A stretch of DNA of 64,000 bases from Gemmatimonadota bacterium (GCA_039588295.1 JBDHAB010000001.1:288001-352000), one strand, 5' to 3'; positions 1 to 9,741 are shown, counted from the first letter of the stretch. Made by a program: numbers and translations. The notes: generated by a model from the sequence alone, not told the origin.

Positions 1-44
1 GTGATCGGTATCGCTTCGACGGATTTGATCTTGAACGGTTCCAT
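1..44 (-). CDS. N-terminus of a tryptophanase / tyrosine phenol-lyase family enzyme (runs off the window edge)
   Basis: Minus strand from ATG at 44 reads MEPFKIKSVEAIPI, matching the conserved EPF(K/R)IKSVE N-terminal motif of beta-eliminating lyases. Only 14 complete codons are visible and the ORF is not in the track. Confidence 0.7.
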   Translation of the reverse strand, partial: MEPFKIKSVEAIPI

Positions 45-232
45 GCTGTGCCGAGGTGTCGATGGTTGGGTGACGGGAACGCGCTCGGGTGCGTGGGAGG
101 CCAGCGCACCGAAGCTGTTCCATGGCAGGTGGAAGATACGAAACGGGCGGCGACGTTACGAGTTGCGGTGCCTGTCCGGAACGGGGTCGCGGTGCCGACC
201 GTGAATCACGGGTCCGGGCGGCGGCCGTGACC

Positions 233-261
233 TTGCGTTAGCCCCCCAGAATTGGTAATTT
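233..261 (+). promoter_or_regulatory. Sigma70-type promoter of the DtxR-FeoA/feoB operon
   Basis: TTGCGT (233-238), 17-bp spacer, TAATTT (256-261), preceded by TG (extended -10). Confidence 0.6.
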
Positions 262-273
262 AGGTGGACCTAA
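260..273. promoter_or_regulatory. DtxR/MntR/SirR-type operator
   Basis: Perfect inverted repeat TTAGGT-GG-ACCTAA overlapping the -10 region directly upstream of a DtxR-family gene. Resembles the TTAGGT..ACCTAA boxes of this family. Confidence 0.75.
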
Positions 274-332
274 TTCAGTGACCTGTTGCCTCGGGCTTGG
301 AAGTTCCAGCGGTCCGGGGTCATGAGGCGTTC

Positions 333-1373
333 ATGGTCAGTCCAGCAGTAGCCCTACTCATTTTCGGTGCCGCTGCCCTGCTTCTTGCCGGGGTGTTTTG
401 GCCGCGGCAGGGCCTGGTCGCTCGGCTCATGCGCCTCGCAGCCCTGACCGAGCGCGTGCGGCTCGAGGACGCGGTGAAGCACCTGCACGACTGTGACTAT
501 CGAGGTCAACCAGCCTCGGTCGAGAGCGTGGCAGGGGCCTTGGAGGTAACACGGGCTCGTGCGGTGGGCTTCGTTGCGCGGCTCGAGGCACTGGGGCTCG
601 TCCGGACTTCGGCGGAGCGTGTGGTACTCACGTCGGTGGGCCGGGCCGAGGCGCTCAGGCTGCTGCGCAGCCATCGCTTGTGGGAGCGCTACTTGGCAGA
701 TCGCACCGGTTTGGGGCCTGCCGAGTGGCACGACGAGGCGGAACGCCTCGAGCACAGGCTCTCACCCACCAAGGTCGAGGCGTTGGCGTCATCGATGGGG
801 CATCCGGTTTACGACCCCCATGGTGATCCCATCCCTACGGCCGCGGGCAAGCTCCCGCCGCGCGCCGGGTTTGCCGTGACTGCGCTGCGGCCGGGCCAGG
901 CTGCGTCGATCGTGCACTTGGAGGACGAGCCGCGAGCGGTGTTCGAGCAGCTGGTCGCGGCCGGGCTGGCCCCGGGAATGCAAGTGCAGCTCCTCGATGC
1001 GTCCGCCGAGCGCGTTCGCCTGTTGGCCGACGGGCGGGTGCATGCGCTCGAGCCGGTGATCGCCACGAACATCACGGTCGCACCGACTGAGGGGCTGCCG
1101 GAACCCGCCGGGCCGTTCGAAACCCTGGCGGATTTGGAAACCGGAGACCGCGTTGTCGTGCGTGACATCGCGCCGGTGTGCCAGGGTCCCCAGCGGCGAA
1201 GGTTGCTGGACCTCGGCCTGGTGCCGGGCACGGAGGTCGCGGTGGAGTTCAGGGGTCCCCTCGGTGAGCCGATCGCCTATCGCATTCGGGGTGCCGTAAT
1301 CGCGTTGCGACGCGAACAGGCGGAGCTGGTGCGGATCGAGCGAGATGGCGCGTCTGTTGAGGCCGCGACGTGA
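333..1373 (+). CDS. DtxR/MntR-family metal-dependent repressor with N-terminal membrane segment and two FeoA (SH3-like) domains
   Basis: Motifs RSHRLWERYL, EAERLEH and DPHGDPIP; C-terminal RRLLDLGLVPG...PLGEPIAYRIRG (FeoA); hydrophobic N-terminus. ATG at 333 preferred over TTG at 297. Confidence 0.9.
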   Translation: MVSPAVALLIFGAAALLLAGVFWPRQGLVARLMRLAALTERVRLEDAVKHLHDCDYRGQPASVESVAGALEVTRARAVGFVARLEALGLVRTSAERVVLTSVGRAEALRLLRSHRLWERYLADRTGLGPAEWHDEAERLEHRLSPTKVEALASSMGHPVYDPHGDPIPTAAGKLPPRAGFAVTALRPGQAASIVHLEDEPRAVFEQLVAAGLAPGMQVQLLDASAERVRLLADGRVHALEPVIATNITVAPTEGLPEPAGPFETLADLETGDRVVVRDIAPVCQGPQRRRLLDLGLVPGTEVAVEFRGPLGEPIAYRIRGAVIALRREQAELVRIERDGASVEAAT

Positions 1374-3613
1374 CCTCAACGGCGGCCGCTCCCTGTGTGG
1401 GGTGTCATGCGAATCGGGCGAGCAGCCTTGTTCAGCTGGGTGTCCGGCCGGGCCGATGGGACTATCTCGTCGCGCTCGCCGGGAATCCCAACACCGGGAA
1501 GAGCACGGTCTTCAACGCCCTGACTGGGCTGCGTCAACACACCGGGAACTGGCCTGGTAAGACGGTCGTTCGCGCGGAGGGCGGCTTCGAACTCCACGAC
1601 GCTCGGGTCAAGCTCATCGATCTGCCGGGTACGTACTCCCTCCAGGCGGGGAGCGCCGACGAGGAAGTCGCACGCGATTTCATTCTGTTCGGTCGACCCG
1701 ACGTGACGGTCGTGGTAGTCGACGCGACCCGCCTCGAGCGGAACTTGAACCTGGTGCTCCAGATTCTCGAGATCACCGATCGGGTCGTCGTGTGTCTCAA
1801 CCTCATGGACGAGGCTCGCCGTCATGGCGTGGGCATCGACGTTGCCAAGCTCGCCAAGGAACTGGGCGTGCCGGTCATCCCGACCGTGGCCCGCCAGGGC
1901 AACGGCGTTCCCGAGTTGCTGGAGGCGATCCACGAGGTGGCCACCGGGGCAGTGACGACGGCGCCGTTTCGGATCGAGCGGCACCCAGCGGACGTTGAAG
2001 CCGCCATCGGTACACTCGTCCGGACGATCCGTGAGTCCTACCCCGAGCTCCCCAATGCCCGGTGGGTGGCGCTGCGCCTGCTCAATGCGGATGAGCGAGT
2101 CGAATCCGCGGTACGGGCGGGCGATTTGGGCGATCTGTCGGAACGTCCGTGGCTCGAGGCCGGCGAGACGGTCGCGGTGGAGTCGGATCCGGGTGCGTCT
2201 CCCGTGGGGGAGCGGATTCTCGACCACGCGACCTCGCTTCGATGGACGCTCAGCCCCCGGTTCCACGACTCGTTGACCGAGAGTATGTACGGCGAGGCGC
2301 AACGCATTGCCGGCGGGTCGATGGTGCGCGGCCTCAAGCGCACGAAGTTCGACATGGATCGCTTCCTCGACCGTCTATTGACGAGCAAGCGCTTCGGGTT
2401 CCCGATGATGTTGCTCATCCTGGCGCTTGTCTTCTGGGTCACGATCTCCGGGGCCAACGTCCCATCGCAGCTCCTCGCGACGTTGTTCATCGACACGTTA
2501 CATCCGGCGCTCACGGGATTCGCGGCTGCGATCGGGATTCCGCCGTGGATCAACGGTCTCGTGTTGGACGGGGTGTACCTCGCAACCGCCTGGGTCGTGA
2601 GCGTGATGCTGCCGCCGATGGCCATCTTCTTTCCGCTCTTCAGCCTGCTCGAGGACTTCGGTTACCTCCCCCGAGTGGCCTTCAACTTGGACACGCTCTT
2701 CAAGAAGGCGGGTGCGCACGGGAAGCAGGCGCTCACGATGTGCATGGGCTTCGGGTGCAACGCGGCGGGCGTGGTCGCGACGCGGGTCATCGACAGCCCA
2801 CGCGAGCGACTCATCGCAATCATCACCAACAACTTCTCGCTCTGCAACGGCCGCTGGCCCACACAGATTCTCATTGCGACGATCTTCATCGGCGCCCTCG
2901 CACCCGCGCATTTTGCGGGACTCGTAGCCGCGAGTGCCGTGGTCGGCATCGCGGTCCTCGGGATCGTCGCGATGTTCGTGGCGTCGTGGCTGCTCTCGCG
3001 CACGGTGTTGCGGGGCGAGGCAACCACGTTCAGTCTCGAGCTGCCGCCGTATCGTCCGCCGAGGATTCTCCAGACCCTCTATACGTCGATCATCGACCGC
3101 ACCCTCATCGTCTTGTGGCGAGCCGTTCTGTTCGCTGCACCGGCGGGGGCGGTGATTTGGCTGGTCTCGAACGTCTACATCGGCGATGCCAGCCTCGCGA
3201 AGCACCTGATCGACGTGCTCGATCCGTTCGGTCTGCTGATCGGACTCAACGGGGTCATTCTGCTGGCGTACGTTGTGGCGATCCCCGCAAACGAGATCGT
3301 GATTCCCACGGTCCTGATGTTGACGGTGCTGACGCTGGGTTTGGGCGACCTCGGATCTGGTGCCGGAGTGATGTTCGAGCTCAATTCGGCCTCGGCAACG
3401 GGAGACCTGCTGCGTGCGGGCGGGTGGACCCTCGTGACGGGCATCAACCTGATGCTCTTCAGCCTTCTCCACAATCCGTGTTCGACGACACTCTACACGA
3501 TCTACAGGGAAACCGGGAGCGCTAAGTGGACCGCTGTCGCGACGCTGCTGCCGCTCGGCATGGGATTCTCCGTGTGTTTCCTGGTCACGCAGGTCTGGTT
3601 ACTGCTGGCCTGA
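1370..3613 (+). CDS. feoB: Ferrous iron (or Mn) transport protein B
   Basis: G1 GNPNTGKS, GNWPGKTV, DLPGTYSL, NLMDE, MGFGCN gate motif and multi-TM C-terminus. GTGA overlap with the upstream gene. Confidence 0.95.
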   Translation: MTSTAAAPCVGCHANRASSLVQLGVRPGRWDYLVALAGNPNTGKSTVFNALTGLRQHTGNWPGKTVVRAEGGFELHDARVKLIDLPGTYSLQAGSADEEVARDFILFGRPDVTVVVVDATRLERNLNLVLQILEITDRVVVCLNLMDEARRHGVGIDVAKLAKELGVPVIPTVARQGNGVPELLEAIHEVATGAVTTAPFRIERHPADVEAAIGTLVRTIRESYPELPNARWVALRLLNADERVESAVRAGDLGDLSERPWLEAGETVAVESDPGASPVGERILDHATSLRWTLSPRFHDSLTESMYGEAQRIAGGSMVRGLKRTKFDMDRFLDRLLTSKRFGFPMMLLILALVFWVTISGANVPSQLLATLFIDTLHPALTGFAAAIGIPPWINGLVLDGVYLATAWVVSVMLPPMAIFFPLFSLLEDFGYLPRVAFNLDTLFKKAGAHGKQALTMCMGFGCNAAGVVATRVIDSPRERLIAIITNNFSLCNGRWPTQILIATIFIGALAPAHFAGLVAASAVVGIAVLGIVAMFVASWLLSRTVLRGEATTFSLELPPYRPPRILQTLYTSIIDRTLIVLWRAVLFAAPAGAVIWLVSNVYIGDASLAKHLIDVLDPFGLLIGLNGVILLAYVVAIPANEIVIPTVLMLTVLTLGLGDLGSGAGVMFELNSASATGDLLRAGGWTLVTGINLMLFSLLHNPCSTTLYTIYRETGSAKWTAVATLLPLGMGFSVCFLVTQVWLLLA

Positions 3614-3751
3614 GCAGAATGGGCGGGGTTGGCGCCGCCGACGCAAGAGGGCGCCGGAACAACGGCGGTGTCCGGTGGTGGCACCCGGACAGCCGTGCCT
3701 GACGCCCTCCTGCTCGATGGGTGGCTCGCGGGCTCGTTGGCCCGCGACGGT

Positions 3752-4195
3752 CTACTGTGACGCCTGACGCAGATACTCGTAAATCGCCCGTGCTTCCTCG
3801 ACCGTCGTCCCCATGGGGACCATCGGAGTTCCGTACTCGGCGAGGAGCTCTTTGGCCGTCGCGTCGTCTCGCAGCATCGAATCCGGCCGCACGGTCATCC
3901 CCACGAACCAATCGTACTCGCGCCGCTCGGTCACACCCCGCAGTGCAGGACCGATCAGTCGCGTATCGAGCTGGTGGCAGCCGACGCAGCCGCGCGACTG
4001 GAAGTAGCCTTCACCCTCGCTCGCGAGCGCTTCGTCGATCGGACCGCTCGGTGCCGCCATCGTCGCGGCGGGCGCGGTCTCGGTGACAGCCGGCTCCGCA
4101 GTGTCGGCCTGCTCAGTTTGCGCGCCTTCTCCGCCACAGCCAAACGCGAGTGCCACCATCAACAAGAAAGCACCATTCCGGGCTTGCATGTTCAC
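3752..4195 (-). CDS. Monoheme cytochrome c lipoprotein
   Basis: Lipobox-like AFGC, Ala/Pro/Thr linker, CVGCH heme motif, IGPAL and distal PM; AAGGAG RBS. Confidence 0.85.
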   Translation of the reverse strand: MNMQARNGAFLLMVALAFGCGGEGAQTEQADTAEPAVTETAPAATMAAPSGPIDEALASEGEGYFQSRGCVGCHQLDTRLIGPALRGVTERREYDWFVGMTVRPDSMLRDDATAKELLAEYGTPMVPMGTTVEEARAIYEYLRQASQ

Positions 4196-4358
4196 CTAAC
4201 TCCTTGTGTGAAGTACCCTCAATTGTCCAAATGACGCGGGCGCACCCTCTCCAGGAGGAATACCCCCACGTCAGGCGAACAAGATGCACTCTCGTCGTGC
4301 AGAAGTGAAGGGGAGGAAACGAAGGATGACGGCCATCGCGACCGTCATCCCTACGAGG

Positions 4359-4742
4359 CTACTTCTCTTTGTGGCTCAAGCTCCATACGTACGCGCCAAC
4401 GGCTCGGATCTGCTTCTCCGAGAGTGCGCTCCCGCCCTTCGGCGGCATGACGGAACCTGTCGACGACTTGTCGGGGCTCACTCCGGCAAGGATGGACTTC
4501 ACGATTCCGTCGAGCGAGCCGTCGCTGTGCAGCCACTCGTCGTCCGTGAGGTCTGCCCCGAGGTTGGGGATGCCCTTCGCGGTAGAGCCATGGCAGGCTG
4601 CACACAAGCCCTGACCCTTGTAGAGCGAGGCACCCTCCTCGATCATCTGTTTCGTGACCTCTTCCTTTTGTGCTTGCGCCAGACCCACCGAGAGTGTGGT
4701 AACGAGTGCCGCAAGGGCGAACGTACGGATCAGCCGTCCCAT
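4359..4742 (-). CDS. Periplasmic monoheme cytochrome c
   Basis: Signal peptide ending AQA, CAACH heme motif, LTDDEWLH and the MPP axial Met. Confidence 0.9.
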   Translation of the reverse strand: MGRLIRTFALAALVTTLSVGLAQAQKEEVTKQMIEEGASLYKGQGLCAACHGSTAKGIPNLGADLTDDEWLHSDGSLDGIVKSILAGVSPDKSSTGSVMPPKGGSALSEKQIRAVGAYVWSLSHKEK

Positions 4743-4761
4743 GCTTCATCCCTCCGATGTC

Positions 4762-5967
4762 TTAGAATGCTGTCGAGAGCCCGATCGTCCACCGGGCTTC
4801 GTCCAGCTGGGTGTCCCACGTTGCTTCTCCGAGCACTCTGAAGTTTCGCCTCACTAGATACCCCGCGCCAGCGGTGAGCGTTTCATAGCGCCCGATGTTC
4901 CCCGGGGCACCGAGCCGCACGTTGAGCAGAGGGCGATCGGCGTCGATGAGGTTGTAGAGTCCCAGGACGTACCAGCGTGCGTTGGCTGGGTGCAGCACCA
5001 GCTCGGCAAACCCGCCATCCAGGGTTGCCTCGGGCTCGCCAGACGTAAAGGTCGGCGTGTCGTCCTCTCGGTGGAGATACTGCACGTTCAACTCGATCGG
5101 CCCTGCCGTGACTGTCGCGTCGGCCCCGGCCATCCAGACGGTATTCTTGACCGTTGGTCCGGTGCCGACTGCTCCCTCCTGTTGTCCGAAGTATCCCATG
5201 GCGCCGAGGCGGAGGTTGGGTGTAAGGTCGCGCGTTACGTGACCGAATACGTTCTTGAAGGGATCGTTGTCGAGTCGGCGGTTCGGCTCCGCTTCCCCTC
5301 TGCCGTTCCCATTCACGACCTCGCCCGTGATTGTAAAGCCCGCGACATCGACCATCACCATCAGACCGCGGTCGTAAGTGAGGTCGGTTGGCTGCAGGCC
5401 GACTCGAGCACGGTAGACGGCGTAATCGTGGTTCTCCAACCGAAGCTCTCGCTTGAACATGGGGTCCGACACCTGAAACTGTCCGGCCGCGAGGTCGATC
5501 GGCTGCCCGGCGATGTTGTCGAGGTACACAAATGCATCCTCGATGCCTCCGACTTCCCCGCGCTCGAACAGGAAGAAGTAGAGGTAGTACGAGAACTTCC
5601 GCGAGATCGGCCCACCGGAGAGAATCTTGACGTTGTACGGGGTTTGTAGGTCGGAGCCGGACTCACCGGCGGTATACGCGCTGATGTACGCGTCCACCCG
5701 GATCGCGAGTGGGAGATCGCGATAGAGTTGGAGGAGTTCGTCACCCGTGTTGATGGTGTCGCGCGGCGGCGCGTTGGCACTCATGCGGAAGCCGTTTCCG
5801 GCGTACTGTTCCCCAAACGCGTTGAGCTTTGGAAGCAGCGTGTGACAGAGACTGCAGCTCACGCGATGGCGCCTGGCAAAGGCCGGAATGAGAGATGCGT
5901 CGGCGATGGGTGCTGCGACACAGGCGATGGCGAGTATGAAGGTGGTGATTCGAGCGGCCCGCAGCAT
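4762..5967 (-). CDS. Cyc2-like fused monoheme cytochrome c / outer-membrane porin
   Basis: Signal peptide, then IPAFARRHRVSCSLCH...PKLNAFGEQYAGNGF (Cyc2-type N-terminal motif), alternating beta-strand pattern and C-terminal Phe. Confidence 0.8.
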   Translation of the reverse strand: MLRAARITTFILAIACVAAPIADASLIPAFARRHRVSCSLCHTLLPKLNAFGEQYAGNGFRMSANAPPRDTINTGDELLQLYRDLPLAIRVDAYISAYTAGESGSDLQTPYNVKILSGGPISRKFSYYLYFFLFERGEVGGIEDAFVYLDNIAGQPIDLAAGQFQVSDPMFKRELRLENHDYAVYRARVGLQPTDLTYDRGLMVMVDVAGFTITGEVVNGNGRGEAEPNRRLDNDPFKNVFGHVTRDLTPNLRLGAMGYFGQQEGAVGTGPTVKNTVWMAGADATVTAGPIELNVQYLHREDDTPTFTSGEPEATLDGGFAELVLHPANARWYVLGLYNLIDADRPLLNVRLGAPGNIGRYETLTAGAGYLVRRNFRVLGEATWDTQLDEARWTIGLSTAF

Positions 5968-6051
5968 GATGGGCTCCTGAAAGGGAGGTTCGTGGTGCTA
6001 CAGGATCAAAACACTTCGGATTGTGACGCCGCGAACGCGCGACCTAGACCG

Positions 6052-6273
6052 CTAGTGCTGCTGGGGATGTGAGTCGTGCGTTCGGGTATCGAGATGAAGG
6101 AGCGTATACAGAGGACAACTGTGGGTCAACGCGGTGGCAGCAAAGAGGAGCGCAAACACGGCGGCAACGAGAGAAATCACCACCTGCTCGTTGAACACCG
6201 TCGCGACGATCAGCAGAACTACGGCGCATGCGCCGCGAATCCAGGCATCCATCCTGCCGATGTTGGGTTGCAT
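6052..6273 (-). CDS. DUF2892 (YgaP-like) small membrane protein
   Basis: NIGRMDAWIR ... two TM segments ... CPLYTLL pattern. Confidence 0.8.
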   Translation of the reverse strand: MQPNIGRMDAWIRGACAVVLLIVATVFNEQVVISLVAAVFALLFAATALTHSCPLYTLLHLDTRTHDSHPQQH

Positions 6274-6360
6274 GGCACCCCGTCCATTTGACATGCCATG
6301 CAGAACTTTGGGGACGCTGTATGAAGCTATCCATAACGCAATGTGAAGGTGCGTTCCGAC

Positions 6361-7749
6361 TTATTCGGTGGGTACGAAACGCGGGATGTCCAGAGTGATC
6401 CGCAAGCCGCCGAGCGGACTCTGGTCAGCATGGATTCGGCCGCCGTGTGCGTGCACGATGGCGGCGGTGATGGTGAGTCCCAGACCCGCGGCGCCGGTGC
6501 GCGCCCTTGCTACGTCACTGCGGTAGAAGTGCTCGAACAGACGTGAAAGTCGCTCGGGCGGCATGCCCGGGCCGGAATCGTCGATGGAGATCGTCACGGT
6601 TCGGAGGCTCGCGGTGACCGCAGCCCGCACGCGCGTGCCGGGGGGAGTATGCTCGATCGAGTTGTCCAAGAGTTGATCCACGGCGACGTTGAGCATTGCG
6701 GGATCGACGAAGGCGCTGGTTTCTTGAGGCGAGCGCTCGAAGTCAACGGTGCGTCCCGCTCCTCGTGTCCGTGCCTTTTGTACCGCGCGCTCCATGATCG
6801 TGCCGACATCCGATTCCATGCGCGACAAGGTCAGTTCGCCCGCCTCGAGACGTGCAAGAAGCGTGAGCGACTCACTAATAGACGTGAGGTGATCGACCTC
6901 CTCTAGGACGCTGCCGAGGATGGCCCGGTATTCCTCGGAGCGGCGGTCCCCCCGCAACGCGATCTCCAATTCCCCTCGCATTGCAGTAAGGGGAGTGCGC
7001 AGGTCGTGACCGGCGTCGGCGATCATGCGGCGTTGCGCCTCGAAGGCACGTTCGAGTCGGCCGAACACCGTGTTGAGGACCTCGATCAGGCCGGCAAACT
7101 CTTCGACATCTGCGTGCGCCGTAATCCGCTGGCCCGCGCCTGGCTGAATCGATTGTGCCTGCTCGGTAATCTCGAGCACCGGTCTGACGGTAGTTGTCGC
7201 GAGCCAGCCTGCGCCGATCGCCGTCGCGACGGTGCCGAGCAGCACCGTGCCCAGCATGAGGAATAGCACCTCACGGGTACTCGCCTGCAAGGGTCGGAGC
7301 GACGCCGCAACCTGCGTGACGACATGTTGGGATCGGCTGCCGGCCGGCGTGGGCGCGTAGTACGAACGCAGCGTCCCGCGCGCCCACTCCTGCGTCGCCC
7401 ACACAGTGTCACCGGTGAGTGCGTGTTCGAAGGCGTCCCGTGCCAACGGGAGCTCCGCCGCCAGCCCCGTGTTCGATTCGATGATGTCACCGTTCTCGTC
7501 CCGTATGGCTACGAATCGGTTCACGCGTTGGATGAACCGATCCACGTCCGCCGAGCCAGGGTGAATGGCGATCGGCAGCCGGGATGCGAGCACCGCGGCC
7601 TCGAGTTGCGCGGATGCCGCCAGGTTCCGGTCGAGGGCCTCCCGCAGAATCCGCCGTGTGCCATGATAGGCCCACAGCGCAATCAGGAGGAGAGCAACGA
7701 AGATGGTGAGGGAGAACCGCACGGCAACCGTGCGGCGGAGAGCATACAT
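6361..7749 (-). CDS. Membrane sensor histidine kinase (CusS/QseC-like, HAMP-HisKA-HATPase)
   Basis: Two TM segments, DAGHDLRTPL H-box, DSGPG and GLGL boxes. Confidence 0.9.
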   Translation of the reverse strand: MYALRRTVAVRFSLTIFVALLLIALWAYHGTRRILREALDRNLAASAQLEAAVLASRLPIAIHPGSADVDRFIQRVNRFVAIRDENGDIIESNTGLAAELPLARDAFEHALTGDTVWATQEWARGTLRSYYAPTPAGSRSQHVVTQVAASLRPLQASTREVLFLMLGTVLLGTVATAIGAGWLATTTVRPVLEITEQAQSIQPGAGQRITAHADVEEFAGLIEVLNTVFGRLERAFEAQRRMIADAGHDLRTPLTAMRGELEIALRGDRRSEEYRAILGSVLEEVDHLTSISESLTLLARLEAGELTLSRMESDVGTIMERAVQKARTRGAGRTVDFERSPQETSAFVDPAMLNVAVDQLLDNSIEHTPPGTRVRAAVTASLRTVTISIDDSGPGMPPERLSRLFEHFYRSDVARARTGAAGLGLTITAAIVHAHGGRIHADQSPLGGLRITLDIPRFVPTE

Positions 7750-8435
7750 CAGCCTTGGGTGTTGTTTGTCTTCTTCAAGCAGAACCCGACGCCGCGGACT
7801 GTTTGAATCAGTCCATCGTAGCCCACCTCACGGAGCTTACGCCGCAGATTGCCGACATGGACATCGACGACGTTGCTTTCGGGATCGAAGTGCATATCCC
7901 ACACCTTCTCCAGCAACTCCGTTCTCCGCACCACGTCCTCGGGATGGAGCATGAAGTGCTCGAGAAGCTGGAACTCACGTGGAGTGAGGTCGAGGGTGTG
8001 TTCCCCGACCCAAGCCTTGTGCTTCAGTCGGTCGAGTTCGAGCGGCCCATAGTTGAGGCGATCGAGCCTTGCCGCGCCGCCCCGACGCACGAGGGCGCGG
8101 AGCCGCGCGAGCATTTCATCGAACTTGAACGGCTTCGTGAGATAGTCATCTGCGCCGGCGTCGAGGCCGCGAACAACGTCCTCGGTGGCGTCGCGCGCCG
8201 TCAGCATGAGAATAGGCGTGTTGCGCCCTTCCCGTCGAAGCTCTGAGGCCACCTGGAGGCCGTTCTTCTTCGGCAGCATCAAGTCCAGGACGATCGCGTC
8301 ATAATCGTTGATGTGTGCGAAGACGGTTGCCTCCTCACCGTCCTTGGCGACATCGACGGCGTAGCCTTCTTCACGAAGGCCCATCTCTATGAATCCAGCA
8401 ACCTTACGGTCGTCCTCGACTACGAGAATGCGCAT
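7749..8435 (-). CDS. OmpR-family response regulator (CusR/CzcR-like)
   Basis: MRILVVEDD start at 8435, LDLMLP, GADDYLTKPF and SNVVDVHVGNLRRKL winged helix. Confidence 0.93.
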   Translation of the reverse strand: MRILVVEDDRKVAGFIEMGLREEGYAVDVAKDGEEATVFAHINDYDAIVLDLMLPKKNGLQVASELRREGRNTPILMLTARDATEDVVRGLDAGADDYLTKPFKFDEMLARLRALVRRGGAARLDRLNYGPLELDRLKHKAWVGEHTLDLTPREFQLLEHFMLHPEDVVRRTELLEKVWDMHFDPESNVVDVHVGNLRRKLREVGYDGLIQTVRGVGFCLKKTNNTQG

Positions 8436-8493
8436 GAAGGGAACCGTAGCCGGGCACGGGTAAGTGGGTGCTGAAGCGACTGTGAACCGGTCT

Positions 8494-9741
8494 TTATGAT
8501 GGCTCCATGCGTCGCGGCACCTGCAGAGAGAAGCGGGCTCCGTGCCCGAGCTGACTCTCGACCCGGAGATCGCCGCCCAAGAGGCGCGCAAGCTTGCGTG
8601 AGAGTGCGAGCCCCAGTCCGGTGCCGCGTTCGGTGTGCTTGCCGGCGCGTTCGAAGGCCTCGAAGATGACCACTTGCTGCTCGGGCGCAATGCCTTCGCC
8701 ATGGTCGACGACGTCGAAGCGCAGTGTGTCGTCCGTCGCGTGGAGCTCGACGCGAATGGCCTGGTCCTGAGGGCTATGTCGTACCGCGTTCGTGAGCAGG
8801 TTGATCAGTATCTGACGGATCCGCTGCGGATCGGTATGGCACTCGACGACCCCGTCCGGGCCAGTCAGCGCGACACCGACGCCGCGCCGCTCGGCCGCGG
8901 GCTCGACCGTCGACACCGCCTCTCGCACGACGTCCCACGCGTCTGCCTTCTCGACAGCGGGCTCGAGTTTGTCCGCATCGATGCGGCTGAGATCGAGCAG
9001 GTCCTCAAGGAGGTTCAGCGCTCGTTCCGCGGACTCCTGCACTTCCAGTGCCGCTCTGGGCGTACTGGGGCTCGTCTTTCGTATCCAGAGCTCGGTCCAT
9101 CCGTGGACCGCCGTGAGCGCGTTGCGCAACTCGTGGTTCGTCATGGCGAAGAAGCGCTCGCGTGAGTCGTGCATCTGCCGAAGTTCGCGGACGAGCCCCT
9201 CGCGTTCCTCGTAGTGTCGGGCGTTTTCGAGGGCCACGGCAGCGTGAGCCGCCAACATCACCGCGAAGGCCTCGTCCTCGGCGGTAAACTCGGGTGCACC
9301 GATCTTCTCCGTCAGGTAGAGGTTCCCGATCGGACCCGTGCGCCCCCATATGGGCACGCCGAGGAACGACTTCATGGGTGTGTGGTGGGGTGGGAACCCC
9401 AACGCCTTCGCATGTTTCCGCAAATCCTTCAGTCGAATGGGCTTTGGGTCGGTTATCAGCAGGCCCAAGAGGCCCTTGCCGGTGGGGGGATGGCCGACCT
9501 GTGCCTCGCTCGCCTGGTTCGTCCCGCTCGTGAGGAACCGTTCGAGCCCGGTCCCCTCCCGGTTGACGACGCCAAGCGCTGCGTAGCGGGCCTCGATCAC
9601 CGCGCGCGCCGACTCCACCACCTCTCGCAGCACTCCGTCCAGATCGAGCGCGGACGTGATGCGGATCGCGGCTTGACTGAGACGTTCCGCGCGCTGCCAC
9701 ACGGTGTGACTACCACGTGAATCGGGAGACATACTGTCCAC
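8494..9741 (-). CDS. Cytoplasmic GAF-domain sensor histidine kinase with DosS/DosT-like GAF
   Basis: GLLGLLITDPKPIRL...GFPPHHTPMKSFLGVPI GAF motif; NHELRNAL H-box; NLLTNA, DHGEG and GTGLGL boxes. Confidence 0.88.
   Translation of the reverse strand: MDSMSPDSRGSHTVWQRAERLSQAAIRITSALDLDGVLREVVESARAVIEARYAALGVVNREGTGLERFLTSGTNQASEAQVGHPPTGKGLLGLLITDPKPIRLKDLRKHAKALGFPPHHTPMKSFLGVPIWGRTGPIGNLYLTEKIGAPEFTAEDEAFAVMLAAHAAVALENARHYEEREGLVRELRQMHDSRERFFAMTNHELRNALTAVHGWTELWIRKTSPSTPRAALEVQESAERALNLLEDLLDLSRIDADKLEPAVEKADAWDVVREAVSTVEPAAERRGVGVALTGPDGVVECHTDPQRIRQILINLLTNAVRHSPQDQAIRVELHATDDTLRFDVVDHGEGIAPEQQVVIFEAFERAGKHTERGTGLGLALSRKLARLLGGDLRVESQLGHGARFSLQVPRRMEPS

Noticed and set aside
1394..1408. 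CVGCH in FeoB as a c-type heme site
   Set aside because: The domain is cytoplasmic and has no export signal, so heme c attachment is unlikely.
2149..3525. Long alternative-frame and antisense ORFs (e.g. 2149-3525, 26340-27776, 58808-60025)
   Set aside because: They overlap well-supported genes and are Arg/Gly/Pro-rich shadows typical of high-GC DNA.
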